Of a stretch of DNA of 64,000 nt, positions 49,699 through 60,832 are shown in pieces (position 1 is the stretch's first letter; each line of letters opens with the position of its first letter). The translations under genes were made by a program, and so were the position numbers. Where the stretch lies: contig JANQNK010000020.1 in assembly GCA_028279595.1 (NCBI GenBank), forward strand, positions 288,001-352,000. The letters are read 5' to 3'. The stretch is from Thermoplasmatota archaeon (lineage in GTDB: Archaea; Thermoplasmatota; JAKEGO01). Below the pieces are notes generated by a model that did no database searches, was not told the origin of the DNA, and was given only the letters and a program-made list of their open reading frames with translations.

Positions 49699-50475
49699 AT
49701 GGAGGAATGGACCACAGAGGACTGGAGGCGAAAGCTCGACCAGCAGGCCGAGGAGAGCCACGAGTACAGGCACAAGTTCTACGACATGGTCGACCTCGGG
49801 AACGCGGGGAGGATCCTCGATGTCGGCTGCGGGACGGGCGGGATCACCCGGGACATCGCCCTTTCGACCGACGGTGAGGTCTTCGGGATCGACATCGACC
49901 TCGAGAAGATGGAGATCGCCGGCAAGGTCCTCGCCGATGTCCCCAATGCCATGCTCATTGAGGCGGATGCAAAGGACCTTCCCTTCGAGGACGATTACTT
50001 CGATCTCGTCGTATTCCATCTCGTCCTGATCCACATCGACGACCAGCAGGCCGCTGTTAACGAGATGGCCCGTGTCGTCAGGCCCGGAGGCATCGTGCTC
50101 GCGACCCTCGAACCGGACTATCTGACGAAGGTCGATCATCCGGAGAACATGTTCTACGAACACTTCCTCGAGGGCCTCAGGGACCTGGGCGCCGACCTGA
50201 CGACGGGCAGGCGCCTCAAGGAGATGTTCACACTTGCCGGACTGAAGGCCGAGGTGGGGGTCGAGACCGAGACCCAGTACCTTCTGATCCGGGACGACGA
50301 GAAGGAGATGAAGAAGTTCGAGGACAGCATGTGGTTCCGGGAGAAGATACTCAGGAACCAGGGGATGCCCGAGGAGCGGATCCACCAATACCAGGAGGAG
50401 AAACGTTCTGCGATCGCCGAGGGCAGGAACTTCTCGATGACCATTGCGATGTGGGCGATCGGCCGCAAGGAGTGA
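49699..50475 (+). CDS. Class I SAM methyltransferase
   Basis: ILDVGCGTG, LPFEDDYFD, RVVRPGG. Confidence 0.92.
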   Translation: MEEWTTEDWRRKLDQQAEESHEYRHKFYDMVDLGNAGRILDVGCGTGGITRDIALSTDGEVFGIDIDLEKMEIAGKVLADVPNAMLIEADAKDLPFEDDYFDLVVFHLVLIHIDDQQAAVNEMARVVRPGGIVLATLEPDYLTKVDHPENMFYEHFLEGLRDLGADLTTGRRLKEMFTLAGLKAEVGVETETQYLLIRDDEKEMKKFEDSMWFREKILRNQGMPEERIHQYQEEKRSAIAEGRNFSMTIAMWAIGRKE

Positions 50476-50602
50476 GGTCCAGAAACGGTCTTCGATCCAT
50501 CACATTGGGATATGAACATATTCCAGTTCCGATCCATATCGTCGATCTGCGAAATTGTCCCAACTCTTCAGATATCCTTTAATATGAAAACGTCGACAGA
50601 AA

Positions 50603-50623
50603 ACCGACCGACGGTCGGTCGGT
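50603..50623. promoter_or_regulatory. Probable TetR operator
   Basis: Palindrome ACCGACCG-A-CGGTCGGT(CGGT) just upstream of the tetR start. Confidence 0.75.
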
Positions 50624-50639
50624 CACTTGGGGTGATCTG

Positions 50640-51275
50640 ATGGCGAACGGTTCCGATCGTAAGAAACAGATAATGGAAGTTACCGAGGACATGATCTGCG
50701 AGCAGGGCTACGACAAGACCACCGTCGAGGCGATCATCACCGAGATCGGGATAGCCAAAGGGACCTTCTATCATCATTTCAGGTCGAAGGAGGAGGCCCT
50801 GGACGCCATCGTCGACGACATCCTCGACGATATGAGGACGAACGTGGAATCCATCGTCGCGGACGGGGATGCGGACGCGGTCCTGAAGCTGGACAGGATA
50901 TTCCAGTTCTTCTGGGAGGCGACCTTCTCCCGTCAGAAGTTGTGGGACTGCATCCTCGAGGAGCAGAACGCATACTTCCATACGAAGTTCGACAACAAGC
51001 TGGCACGGCTGCTGGTCCCGAACTTCATGAAGGTGATCGAACAGGGTGCCGGAGAGGGTACGTTCGATGTTCCGGATACATTCGTCTGCGCGAACGCCGT
51101 GCTCGGTGCCACATTCTTCACTCCCCGGGAGAAACTAGACCAGTATGAGTACGATCCCGGACCCAACTACACCGAGAACAACTGCCACATCCTCGAGAGG
51201 ATATTGGGAGCAGAAAAGGGAGCGTTGAGGAACTGCCTGACGCGAGGGGTAGTCCTTGAAGGAGAGGAGGCTTGA
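50640..51275 (+). CDS. TetR/AcrR regulator
   Basis: QGYDKTTV..I....GIAKGTFYHHFRSKEE. Confidence 0.93.
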   Translation: MANGSDRKKQIMEVTEDMICEQGYDKTTVEAIITEIGIAKGTFYHHFRSKEEALDAIVDDILDDMRTNVESIVADGDADAVLKLDRIFQFFWEATFSRQKLWDCILEEQNAYFHTKFDNKLARLLVPNFMKVIEQGAGEGTFDVPDTFVCANAVLGATFFTPREKLDQYEYDPGPNYTENNCHILERILGAEKGALRNCLTRGVVLEGEEA

Positions 51276-54200
51276 AGATGAGATCTTTCGCGATATTGTT
51301 CACTTTCACCGCTTTGTGTGTGATGTTGACCATCTGCGGCTCCTCGGAAGCGGATACGATCATTGTTGACCCAGTCTGGGACGGGGCTGACTACAGCATG
51401 ATCCACGAAGCGGCCGAGAACGCCAGTGCTGGTGATACGATCCGCGTTCACGCCGGTACCTACGTCATCGTAGAGGGGGAGAGCGGGTGGTCGGCGACCA
51501 GTTACCCGATAATCCTGAGCAAGAGGATCAACCTGATCGGGAACGGAAGCTCGGACACGATCATCGACGGATGGAAATGGGTCGACCATGCGCATAACAT
51601 CCACGTCTCCGCCGGCGGATGCGTGATAGACGGATTCACCATCAAGGCCTCCTCCGTGCACCACGAGTTCGGCGGCGTTGGATTGTATGCGTCGAACACG
51701 AAGATACTGAACTGCACCTTCGAGAACAACAACTGGGCCATCAACTTCCTCGGCGGCAAGAAGGCGACCATCTCGAACTGCACCTTCATCAGGAACCGGG
51801 CCAACATAATGTGTTACAACGATGGTGGTGAGGACACCATCATCGGGAACACCTTCGAGGACTCCTACGTCTCATACACAGGCGATGAATCGACCTACGC
51901 CAACAACACGGGCGGCTCGATCTCTATCTCCGGGGACGACAACCTGGTACGCGACAGCCACTTCCCCTCCTCCAGCAGTGGATTGAGGATCGACGGGAGC
52001 TTCAACCACGTCAACAACAACACGATGGTCGGCAACGCACCAGTGGACAACTGGACCTACGGAAGGGGCCTGTACATCGCGACCGAATCCGACGACAACG
52101 TGATCGAGAACAACACCATTGCTGACAACTCCGTTGGCATCCACATCGCAGGCAGCTGGCGACATCCGACCCATGGATTGCTGAGCGAGCCTGCGGAGGA
52201 CAATGTCATACAATTCAACAACATATTCGGCAATGACGAAGGGATAGTCGCCACGACGAACCACGACGGCGATACCTTCGCCGACGACAACTGGTGGGGC
52301 GACGCCTCCGGTCCCAGTGGAGACGGTTTCAACGGGACCGGAGACTCTGTCAGCAACAACACTGTCGTGGACACATGGCTCGGCCAGGCGATGGACCTCT
52401 ACATCCCGCCGATCGCCCGTATCCTGACCCCGATGGGCAAGCACGACAACCACCCGATCGTGTGGAACGAGACCTTTCACATCGAAGGGTACGGTACCGG
52501 CGACATCCAGCGATACGTCTGGCGGAGCAGCATCCACGGTGAGATCTACAACGGCACGGATTCCTCTTTCAACATCAGCACGCTCGACCCCGGAAAGCAT
52601 ACCATTTCATTGAGAGTACAGAACACCGACGACGAATGGGGTCCCTGGACCAACAGGTACCTCTTCGTGAACATGCTTCCTGTGATAATCAAAGCATCGA
52701 TAACCCCGAACGCAGTCATGCTCGGGGAATCCATCACCCTGAACGTGACCGCAAAGGACTACGACGGCTACGTCAGGGAGCATGATTACTTCTGGGTCAG
52801 CAACATCAGCGGGGAGCTCACCCATATCTCGCTTCCCATGGATCTCGGCAATTTCACAAGGCACGCGCCCCAAGCCGGTGTACACACAGTTACCGTCACC
52901 GTCAGGGACAACTGGATGTTCATGAGCAAACCCTACAACCTCACTCTGATCGTCCAGCAGAGGCCGGTCGGTTACCTGGAGCCAGGTTGGAATCTCGTAA
53001 TCGTGAGCGACAGCAACCTGACCGTCAAGTGCCACGGAAGGGACCAGGATGGCGAGGTCGTCCAGTGGAGCCTGGCATCTGATATCGATGGGTCGCTCTA
53101 CAATGGAAGCAGCCTGCCGATACATGACGGACCCGTCAGCAAGTACATCAACTGGACGTTCGAGGGTCTCACGAACGGAGTACACAACATTACCCTCCTC
53201 GTGAAGGACAACGACGGATTCTGGTCATATCCCTACACCAGACCGCTGATAGTCCACGACAGGCCGGTAGCCACTATAGAGGCGATCCATCCGGATCCGG
53301 CCCTCGAAGGTGATTACGTCCAGTTCAATGGAAGCGCGGTAGATGATGGAACGATCGAGGTCTATGTCTGGGAGAGCAGCCTGGATGGAGAGATATACAA
53401 CGGGAACAAGTCGAGTTTCGTTACGTTCAATCTGTCACTGGGGGACCACATCATAACGTTCAAGGTCCAGGACGACAACGGCGCCTGGAGCCACGAGGTG
53501 AACTCCTCGATATCGATAACGGAGTCTCCTGTCGCGACGATTGTCAAGATATCTCCAAGTCCGGCCCTGGTCAATGAGAGCGTATCGTTCATCGGTGAGG
53601 GCCGTTACTCCAACGGCACGATAATCGCATATGTCTGGAACTCATCCCTCGACGGGGTGATCGGCCGAACCACGAACTTGACACTGAACAACCTGACCAA
53701 GGGGAAGCACAGGATATCCCTCACCGTAAGGGCCACTGGAGGGATATGGTCAGTTCCGAAGAAGAGGACACTGATAGTCCACGAGAAGCCCATCGCGGTG
53801 ATCGACTCGATCCATCCAGACCCAGGCCTCGAGGGCGACCCCGCCTACTTCGCGGGGCACGGGATCGATGACGATCCCATCCTGCGCTACGTATGGAGCA
53901 GCAGTATCGACGGAGAGTTCCTCAATGGTTCCGAGGATAACCAGACGACGTCCATGCTGTCCTTCGGGAAGCATACGATCCTGTTCAAGGTCCTCGATAA
54001 CAACGGCGCATGGAGCGACAAGGTAAGTATGACCTACTGGGTGAACGCCATGCCCATCGCCAGCATCATCACTATAGACCCGGACCCAGCGATCTTCGGC
54101 GAGAACACCACCCTCACTGGTGAGGGGAGCCACAGCAACGGGTCGATCGTCGGATCGAAGTGGACATCCGACCTCGATGGACTTCTGGATCGTGGAATGG

Positions 54201-56305
54201 AGATCACACTTGCGAACCTGACGAAGGGATATCACAATATCTCGTTCAGCGTTGTTGACGACAAGGGTATATGGTCGCGTGAGAAGTCGTACATACTGCC
54301 TGTCTTCAGCAGACCATCGGCCAGCATCGAGAGGATATCCCCGAATCCCGCAATGGATGGGGACATGATAACGTTCAACGGATCCGGCACAGGCGAACGT
54401 CCCATCTCGGCCCTCCAGTGGTGGCTGGACGGCGATTACCTGAGCTCGAATCCCGAGATCAAGGTACCTGACCTGGACGCAGGTGAGTACACTGTCCGAT
54501 TCAGGGTCGTCGACAATGCGGGTGTCTGGTCCGATGACGCCACCGAGACCCTCGTCATCAACGGGATCCCCAAGGCTGTCGTCGTATCCATCTCGCCCGA
54601 CCCGGCCAACGCCGGCGAGGTCGTCGAATTCACAGGCGGATACATCGACCTCGAGGACAACGTAACAGGCTTCCGATGGGAGTCGAACCTGGATGGTCTC
54701 CTGAGCGATCAGCAGGTGTTCAACACGACAGGACTGTCCAATGGGACTCACCGGATCACGCTCAGGGTCATGGACCATCATGGCGCGTGGTCGCCCACGG
54801 AGATCTCCAACGTCACTGTCAACGGATTGCCCTTCGCGAGGATCGTCTCGATAATCCCTTCCGTGGCGAACGAATCGCAGAAGATCAACTTCACCGGAGA
54901 TTCCATGGACTTCGAGTACGACATCGATGAGTGGAGATGGGTATCCAACTTGGACGGTCCACTCAGCGGAGAGATGTCGTTCACTACCGGCGAGCTCTCC
55001 AACGGGACCCATGTCATATCCCTGAGTGTCTTGGATGGCTACAATGTCTGGTCAGAGAACGTCACCAGGACCGTCATGGTGAACGGCCGTCCCCTTGGTA
55101 GGATAGGATCGATAACGCCCGAGGTCCCTAACGAAGGAGACAACGTGACGTTCTACGGCGGCTATCTCGACCACGAGGACCATGTGGCTGGATTCCATTG
55201 GGAATCCGATATCGACGGGGAGCTCAGCGATGCCGCCCATTTCAGTACCTCCAACCTATCCGCCGGTATTCACAACATCACCTTCCGGGTGATGGACGGG
55301 AACGGTCTGTGGTCAACGAACAAAACACGATCGCTCGAGGTCAACGGTCTACCCACGGCCCGTATCATCAACATCGATCCGTCCCCGTCCAGCGAGGGCC
55401 AGACAGTGAACCTGACCGGTGGATACACTGATCTCGAGAATGACGTTGTCGATTTCGAATGGGTCTCGGACATCGACGGTACCCTCGGCGACCTTCAGAA
55501 TGTCTGGATCGATGGCCTATCGAACGGGACTCACAACATCTCCTTCCGTGTCATGGACCATCGGGGCGAGTGGTCGGAATACGTTACAGATACATTGACC
55601 GTCAATGGGATCCCAAGGGCGAGCCTCACGGTGAACGCCCCGAGTCCGACCTACCGGAGGGATCTGATCGGGTTCATAGCCACGTATTCGGACGACGGGG
55701 CTGTCGTCGAATTCAAATGGCGGTCGGACATCGACGGTATGCTCAGCGAGAACCCTTCCTTCGAAACGGACGACCTCTCCGTCGGGACCCATACCATAGT
55801 TCTGAGGGTCAGGGATGACATGGGAGACTGGTCGTCTGATGCAACGATCTCGTTGCAGGTCCTCGAACGCATCTACGAGGTCGAGATCACCGGGCTCGAT
55901 TACCCACTGACCGCGAGAGTTGGTGATATCGTCACCGTGTCGGCTACCATCGAGAACACGGGTGAATTCACCATCGACGAACTCCGCCTTAGATTGACTG
56001 TGGGTGAGTCCACGATAACCGTCATCAAAACGGATCCCGTGCTTTCGGGGAATTCGACCGTGGCGACCTTCGAATGGACGGCAGTCCAGGGGAACCACAC
56101 CCTGGTGGCGCGTGCCGATGTCAACGGGGAACTGCTTGATATGGAAACCTCATCGGGCAGGCTGGTCGTGAAGGAGGCGAAGACTCCGACCGGAGATGGT
56201 GATGACGAATTCTCACCGGTACTGATGATCATCATCGGGGTCATCGTTGCCGAGGTCGCCCTTATCGCGTTCGTCGCCGTTCGGTGGATGAACATCAAGA
56301 AATGA
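51272..56305 (+). CDS. Giant surface protein: beta-helix, 13 PKD-like repeats, CARDB, TM anchor
   Basis: Repeats of W.S..DG...G.H.I...V.D..G.WS; overlaps the tetR stop. Confidence 0.87.
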   Translation: MKMRSFAILFTFTALCVMLTICGSSEADTIIVDPVWDGADYSMIHEAAENASAGDTIRVHAGTYVIVEGESGWSATSYPIILSKRINLIGNGSSDTIIDGWKWVDHAHNIHVSAGGCVIDGFTIKASSVHHEFGGVGLYASNTKILNCTFENNNWAINFLGGKKATISNCTFIRNRANIMCYNDGGEDTIIGNTFEDSYVSYTGDESTYANNTGGSISISGDDNLVRDSHFPSSSSGLRIDGSFNHVNNNTMVGNAPVDNWTYGRGLYIATESDDNVIENNTIADNSVGIHIAGSWRHPTHGLLSEPAEDNVIQFNNIFGNDEGIVATTNHDGDTFADDNWWGDASGPSGDGFNGTGDSVSNNTVVDTWLGQAMDLYIPPIARILTPMGKHDNHPIVWNETFHIEGYGTGDIQRYVWRSSIHGEIYNGTDSSFNISTLDPGKHTISLRVQNTDDEWGPWTNRYLFVNMLPVIIKASITPNAVMLGESITLNVTAKDYDGYVREHDYFWVSNISGELTHISLPMDLGNFTRHAPQAGVHTVTVTVRDNWMFMSKPYNLTLIVQQRPVGYLEPGWNLVIVSDSNLTVKCHGRDQDGEVVQWSLASDIDGSLYNGSSLPIHDGPVSKYINWTFEGLTNGVHNITLLVKDNDGFWSYPYTRPLIVHDRPVATIEAIHPDPALEGDYVQFNGSAVDDGTIEVYVWESSLDGEIYNGNKSSFVTFNLSLGDHIITFKVQDDNGAWSHEVNSSISITESPVATIVKISPSPALVNESVSFIGEGRYSNGTIIAYVWNSSLDGVIGRTTNLTLNNLTKGKHRISLTVRATGGIWSVPKKRTLIVHEKPIAVIDSIHPDPGLEGDPAYFAGHGIDDDPILRYVWSSSIDGEFLNGSEDNQTTSMLSFGKHTILFKVLDNNGAWSDKVSMTYWVNAMPIASIITIDPDPAIFGENTTLTGEGSHSNGSIVGSKWTSDLDGLLDRGMEITLANLTKGYHNISFSVVDDKGIWSREKSYILPVFSRPSASIERISPNPAMDGDMITFNGSGTGERPISALQWWLDGDYLSSNPEIKVPDLDAGEYTVRFRVVDNAGVWSDDATETLVINGIPKAVVVSISPDPANAGEVVEFTGGYIDLEDNVTGFRWESNLDGLLSDQQVFNTTGLSNGTHRITLRVMDHHGAWSPTEISNVTVNGLPFARIVSIIPSVANESQKINFTGDSMDFEYDIDEWRWVSNLDGPLSGEMSFTTGELSNGTHVISLSVLDGYNVWSENVTRTVMVNGRPLGRIGSITPEVPNEGDNVTFYGGYLDHEDHVAGFHWESDIDGELSDAAHFSTSNLSAGIHNITFRVMDGNGLWSTNKTRSLEVNGLPTARIINIDPSPSSEGQTVNLTGGYTDLENDVVDFEWVSDIDGTLGDLQNVWIDGLSNGTHNISFRVMDHRGEWSEYVTDTLTVNGIPRASLTVNAPSPTYRRDLIGFIATYSDDGAVVEFKWRSDIDGMLSENPSFETDDLSVGTHTIVLRVRDDMGDWSSDATISLQVLERIYEVEITGLDYPLTARVGDIVTVSATIENTGEFTIDELRLRLTVGESTITVIKTDPVLSGNSTVATFEWTAVQGNHTLVARADVNGELLDMETSSGRLVVKEAKTPTGDGDDEFSPVLMIIIGVIVAEVALIAFVAVRWMNIKK

Positions 56306-56367
56306 GGACCGCGTGATAGGGAACAGTTATTACCCTGGCCTCGATTCTATCCTCGATAGGTGGTCGT

Positions 56368-56808
56368 ATGTTCGGTAGGAAGAAAAAGGCCAAGGGGCAC
56401 AAGAAAATCCCCGGCGAAAAGCTACGTCCACGGGTCAACTACTTCATCGACGGCGAGAAGGTCGTGTTCCGGCTGAACGGCCTCGATTTCACCTTCGAAT
56501 CCTTCTATCTGGCCTACAGCGACGAATGGATGAGGATATTCATCCTGGAGGAGGCGCCGATGAACCTCATCATGATATCCGACGTTGCCCACGAGGAGGT
56601 GGAGGTCGACCGTGAGGAGGTCATCAACGCCGACACGGTCTCGTTCACGCTACAGCTCAAGGACGAGGACTTCGTCAACGTGATCGACCGCCTCCGCGAG
56701 GTCACGGAACCCCACGAGGCTTTCGATGTGGGCGGTGACAGGCTGAAGGACCCGTCGAAGTACAACATTAGGCGATGGGGCATGAAGCAGGTGCTCTATG
56801 ATGAATGA
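56368..56808 (+). CDS. Hypothetical protein
   Basis: Host-like codons; GGTGG RBS. Confidence 0.6.
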   Translation: MFGRKKKAKGHKKIPGEKLRPRVNYFIDGEKVVFRLNGLDFTFESFYLAYSDEWMRIFILEEAPMNLIMISDVAHEEVEVDREEVINADTVSFTLQLKDEDFVNVIDRLREVTEPHEAFDVGGDRLKDPSKYNIRRWGMKQVLYDE

Positions 56809-56856
56809 GTGCATCCCAACAGCTCGGTCGTATTTCAGATTCCTGGAATATCCAGC

Positions 56857-57627
56857 CTAGTCCGGCCTTAGTGTGCCAGCGAAAACCTGCCAGGCGAGCG
56901 CCGATTTCGCTACAAGGCTCAGGATGACATACATCCTCTCACCGTAGAGATAGTCCTTCCACTTGCCAACCCTGCGGTACTGGAGCATCATGTTGAGGGC
57001 GAAGCAGTTGAAGAATATCGCTATCGAAACGTAGATCCCGTACACGAAATCAGGAGGGCCTCCGTCCCCTCCTCCTGCACCGAGCAGATGGATCGCAATG
57101 ACGATCCAGGGGATGATCCCGGCGATCGACCCGATGATGAAAGGCGTCCAGTTGACCTTCTTCCTTTTGTGGTTCATCTGCTCCATGAGAAGGCCGAAGT
57201 AGATCATCGTCGCGTTCACGAAGAAGAGGAGGAGCAGTGTGCCGACGTCGTAGATCCCGGTCAGCATGGCGATCGCGACTATCATGATGGAAGCGCTGAC
57301 GGAGTACTCGTACCAGCGGTACGGGTTCATCCTCTTCTTGAGGTTAGCAACATACTTGTCGTATAGTACCGTTGCGATCAGGAAGTGAGCGATCGCCGAT
57401 ATGAAAAGGAATAGTGCGATCAGGTAGCCCAGGCGGACCTCGGCGATCGTCACGGATTCGTGGACGAGCCTTTCCGTCGTCTCGTCCAACTTCAGGAAAC
57501 CCCTGGTAATCGGCAGTGTGAAATCGTTGCTCAGCACCACCATCAGCATCCCCTGGATGGTGTGCAGGAAGCCCATTATCAGGTTGAACCTCTTCAATTT
57601 CTGGTATTTCACCTCGTCGCCTTTCAT
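56857..57627 (-). CDS. heR: Heliorhodopsin
   Basis: N...G.LH..Q, SAIAH, NPYRWYEYS.SAS.M, GE..Y..LSLVAKSALAWQVF with the retinal-binding Lys. Confidence 0.96.
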   Translation of the reverse strand: MKGDEVKYQKLKRFNLIMGFLHTIQGMLMVVLSNDFTLPITRGFLKLDETTERLVHESVTIAEVRLGYLIALFLFISAIAHFLIATVLYDKYVANLKKRMNPYRWYEYSVSASIMIVAIAMLTGIYDVGTLLLLFFVNATMIYFGLLMEQMNHKRKKVNWTPFIIGSIAGIIPWIVIAIHLLGAGGGDGGPPDFVYGIYVSIAIFFNCFALNMMLQYRRVGKWKDYLYGERMYVILSLVAKSALAWQVFAGTLRPD

Positions 57628-57717
57628 CTTGATCCCACCGTTCGACTGAATGTTAATCGACCCCTGTGGTGTTATTAATATCCAATCCCAAATCGAGATG
57701 ACCTGAAAATGGGGTTT

Positions 57718-59508
57718 CTAAGACCCACCGTACACGACCGTCGTCGATGCCTGGAGGACATGACCTCCGGAGAACGTCCTCGATCCCACGATGGTTATCT
57801 CCATCGGCGATCCCGAGAGGAACACCAGGATCAGGTCGATCCTAAGTAGAAGTGTCAGGATGCTGATGTCGAGGGTAGCATTGACCGTCTGGACCCCCTG
57901 TACTATGTTCGGATCGTGCAAGTAGATCTCACCGATCTGTCCACCGTTGTAGTAGGCCCGGAACTCGAAATCCGTCAGGTTTACTGTGGCAGGAAGCGTG
58001 TTGTTCAATGTCGCTGTGATCCCGATCTGCGTCGTCAGGATCCCCAGGTCGATGTTGACGTCGTCGAGGGTGAGGTCGACGCCGCCCTCCTCGCTGAGGG
58101 CCGTCTCCGTCTCGAACTCCGTCGACAATCTGGAGAGCGTCCGTCCGTTCAGGTCGACGCCGGCCACCTGAAGGGTCATCGGTACCCCAATAAGCGCGTT
58201 TGCTGCCAGATCGTTCAGGACGTCGACGTTCTCGGCCGGGACGGTTATATTGAATTCCAGCTCGTTCGGTCCTCGGTCGAGGATACCATCGGTTGACACG
58301 GTTGTCATCGATGTGCCATTGTAGGAGAGGTCGAAGTTCAATCCCTCCAGAGTGAGCTTCACTACTGATGGATTGTCGATGGTCGTCCTGACGTCGACGT
58401 TCAGACCGGAGTCGTCGGTCGTGACGTCGGCCATGACGATGTCGATCTCAAGGTCGTTTAGTCCTCCGAGGTCGGAGCCGCTGTCCTCGAAGTCGCTGGC
58501 ATAACCTTCCGAAAGTCTCGAGAGGAGCCTGCCATTCCTGTCGATCCCCTTGATGACGATAGACGGAGGGAATCCGTCCGCGAGTTCGGAGACCAGGGGA
58601 CGATACCTCTCTACATCATCCGGTCCGATGTTGAAGGCGATATGCATCGGATTGTCTCCCTTGACGAGCATGCCCTCGGTGGAATGCGAGAACAGCAATG
58701 TATCGTTGTGCATGATGTCGAAGCTCAATCCCTCAAGCGTGGATTCCAGCATTCCGGAATTGACGACCGTGGCATTGATGTCGACAGCCAACCCGCCTTC
58801 ACCGTCGTCGAGGATGTCCACGAGGTCGAGCCTGGTATCGATCGTCTTTCCCTTCCCGATCTCGAATCTCCTGTCCAGGTCCATGTCGAACGTGAACGGA
58901 CCCCTTGTCGAGACCTTTCCCTTCACGCGGGCGACAGCACCCTTGTCTGTGAACGTCTGCTCGGCAAGGGCGTACATACCTGCGGGATCCTCCTCCCTGA
59001 GAACGATGGTCATCGATATGTCGTTGTCTCCCGGTCCGACATGAAGCGGCGGCAGTTTGAACGATCCGACCTTCCTTCCCCAATGGTGCAATGTCAGGTC
59101 GGCCTTCTTTGTGTCGGCAGAGAAGATCGATGGGTTCTTCACGACCAGATCGACCTCCGTCAACAGGGAATGGTTACCTGTCTCGACGATCCTGACCCTC
59201 TCTATCTCGACATCGATGTCCCCGAGGACGGAATAGGCATAGACAAGAAGTATGATGATCCCGAGGAGTAGTATCATGAGGGCCATGCAAACAGCGAGGA
59301 GCTTCTTCCACAGCGGGACACCCTTTTCCGTCTTAGAATGGACGGGTGGAGCAGGCTTCCTACCCGGTCTCCAATGTTCTTCGGGTCGTCTTCCTCGCGG
59401 GCGATACTTCGGTGGAGGGGACGCTGCTCGTCCGTATCGAGGCCCCGACCTCACCGGAGGTCGGAAGAGTGAATCCTCGAGCCTATAACCACGACGCGCC
59501 CTTTCCAT
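57718..59508 (-). CDS. Membrane-anchored protein with four LEA_2/WHy-like repeats
   Basis: Repeated (V/I).NPS...L.GL.FD...N.T, G.N; N-terminal TM. Confidence 0.7.
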   Translation of the reverse strand: MERARRGYRLEDSLFRPPVRSGPRYGRAASPPPKYRPRGRRPEEHWRPGRKPAPPVHSKTEKGVPLWKKLLAVCMALMILLLGIIILLVYAYSVLGDIDVEIERVRIVETGNHSLLTEVDLVVKNPSIFSADTKKADLTLHHWGRKVGSFKLPPLHVGPGDNDISMTIVLREEDPAGMYALAEQTFTDKGAVARVKGKVSTRGPFTFDMDLDRRFEIGKGKTIDTRLDLVDILDDGEGGLAVDINATVVNSGMLESTLEGLSFDIMHNDTLLFSHSTEGMLVKGDNPMHIAFNIGPDDVERYRPLVSELADGFPPSIVIKGIDRNGRLLSRLSEGYASDFEDSGSDLGGLNDLEIDIVMADVTTDDSGLNVDVRTTIDNPSVVKLTLEGLNFDLSYNGTSMTTVSTDGILDRGPNELEFNITVPAENVDVLNDLAANALIGVPMTLQVAGVDLNGRTLSRLSTEFETETALSEEGGVDLTLDDVNIDLGILTTQIGITATLNNTLPATVNLTDFEFRAYYNGGQIGEIYLHDPNIVQGVQTVNATLDISILTLLLRIDLILVFLSGSPMEITIVGSRTFSGGHVLQASTTVVYGGS

Positions 59509-59690
59509 TCCGCTCCCTCGGTATGAAAATATCCGGTTTCATACATAAAAAGCATTGTGGAGGGTTTGGACAATCGGATTTTTCTGGAGAAACACCGCAG
59601 TCTGGCACATCCAGGATGGATGTCATCTTCCGATCCGCGGCATACCTCCTTACCAAATTCCTTAATAGTGAGGTCCAACATTCTCCTGCT

Positions 59691-60278
59691 ATGGGAGCGA
59701 AGATGAAGTGGGTCCTATCGGCCGTTCTCGTCGTGACATTCGTACTGACCATCTTATCCATGATACCGTCCGCGGAAGGTCTCGACGGTGACATCAATAC
59801 ACTGGAGAACGGCACCTACTCCACCTTCGACAGGAAGTTCAAGGACGGCGACCAGCTGACCTTCGCATTCGAGACCGGCAATGACATCCCGATCGACGTC
59901 TTCTCGGTCGACAACCTGAACTACGAACTCTACAAGGACGGTGAAAACTTCCTGTATTTCACCGGGACCTTCCTGAATGCGACAGAGGGGAATGCCACGA
60001 TCGACTTCACCTATACGGACCACTACTACATCGTATTCGACAACACCTACGTCGGAGAAGCCCAACCGCCAAACGGGTCCATCGTGATCGAGACGGAGAT
60101 TTCCTATTACATCGCCGGTTCGAACGCGCCACCCCCGGGTGCCGAGGTGGAGGTCACGAGCGGTAACGATCCTTACTTCTACTATCCTGGATACATCCTC
60201 GTCATCATCCTGGTCCTGATGGTCATCCTGATCGCCTATCTCTTCCGTTCCGGTGACGACTACCTGGACTACCAGTGA
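59691..60278 (+). CDS. Secreted beta-sandwich protein with C-terminal anchor
   Basis: Signal peptide, PIDVF...YYIVFDN, TM. Confidence 0.7.
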   Translation: MGAKMKWVLSAVLVVTFVLTILSMIPSAEGLDGDINTLENGTYSTFDRKFKDGDQLTFAFETGNDIPIDVFSVDNLNYELYKDGENFLYFTGTFLNATEGNATIDFTYTDHYYIVFDNTYVGEAQPPNGSIVIETEISYYIAGSNAPPPGAEVEVTSGNDPYFYYPGYILVIILVLMVILIAYLFRSGDDYLDYQ

Positions 60279-60352
60279 TGATCGCTCAGCCCATCTGACG
60301 ACTGCCGAGTCCATGGACAAGTGTTTTGTAATCGATATCGGATGATACCTGC

Positions 60353-60829
60353 GTGCCAGACGAAGTGAACAGCATAAGATCGCGTTGCAACTCCAGACAG
60401 ATGGCATTCATACTCCTGGGACTAGTGGTGACGCTGATCGTCTCGGTCTCCATCTGGATTTTCATGGAGGTCGACTCGTCGGACCAGCCGTTGTACAGGG
60501 TCCTCTACCTTCTCCCGCATCTGGTCTGGCTATTTCCTATCTACCGGGCTTACAAGAACGACAAGACCATCAGTTCCATCGAGTTCTACGAGGACTATCT
60601 TACGATCAAGAGACTTGTCGAGAAGGATTATTCCGTTCACTGGATGGCCGTCAAGAAGATCAAGTACAAGGACGGACGCTCCTGCTTCTCCAAAGGCCTT
60701 GTAATAGAATTGAAGTCCGGTAAGAGCTTCGAGATGATATGCGAGAGGGAGGTCTTCGACGCGGTCATCAAGGAGTTGAAGAAGTTCCGGGTCCTCGAGG
60801 CCGAGCGAAGGAAGGCCAAGGCACAGTAA
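60353..60829 (+). CDS. Two-TM protein with PH-like tail
   Basis: IEFYEDYLTI...SVHW..VKKI. Confidence 0.6.
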   Translation: MPDEVNSIRSRCNSRQMAFILLGLVVTLIVSVSIWIFMEVDSSDQPLYRVLYLLPHLVWLFPIYRAYKNDKTISSIEFYEDYLTIKRLVEKDYSVHWMAVKKIKYKDGRSCFSKGLVIELKSGKSFEMICEREVFDAVIKELKKFRVLEAERRKAKAQ

Positions 60830-60832
60830 GCC

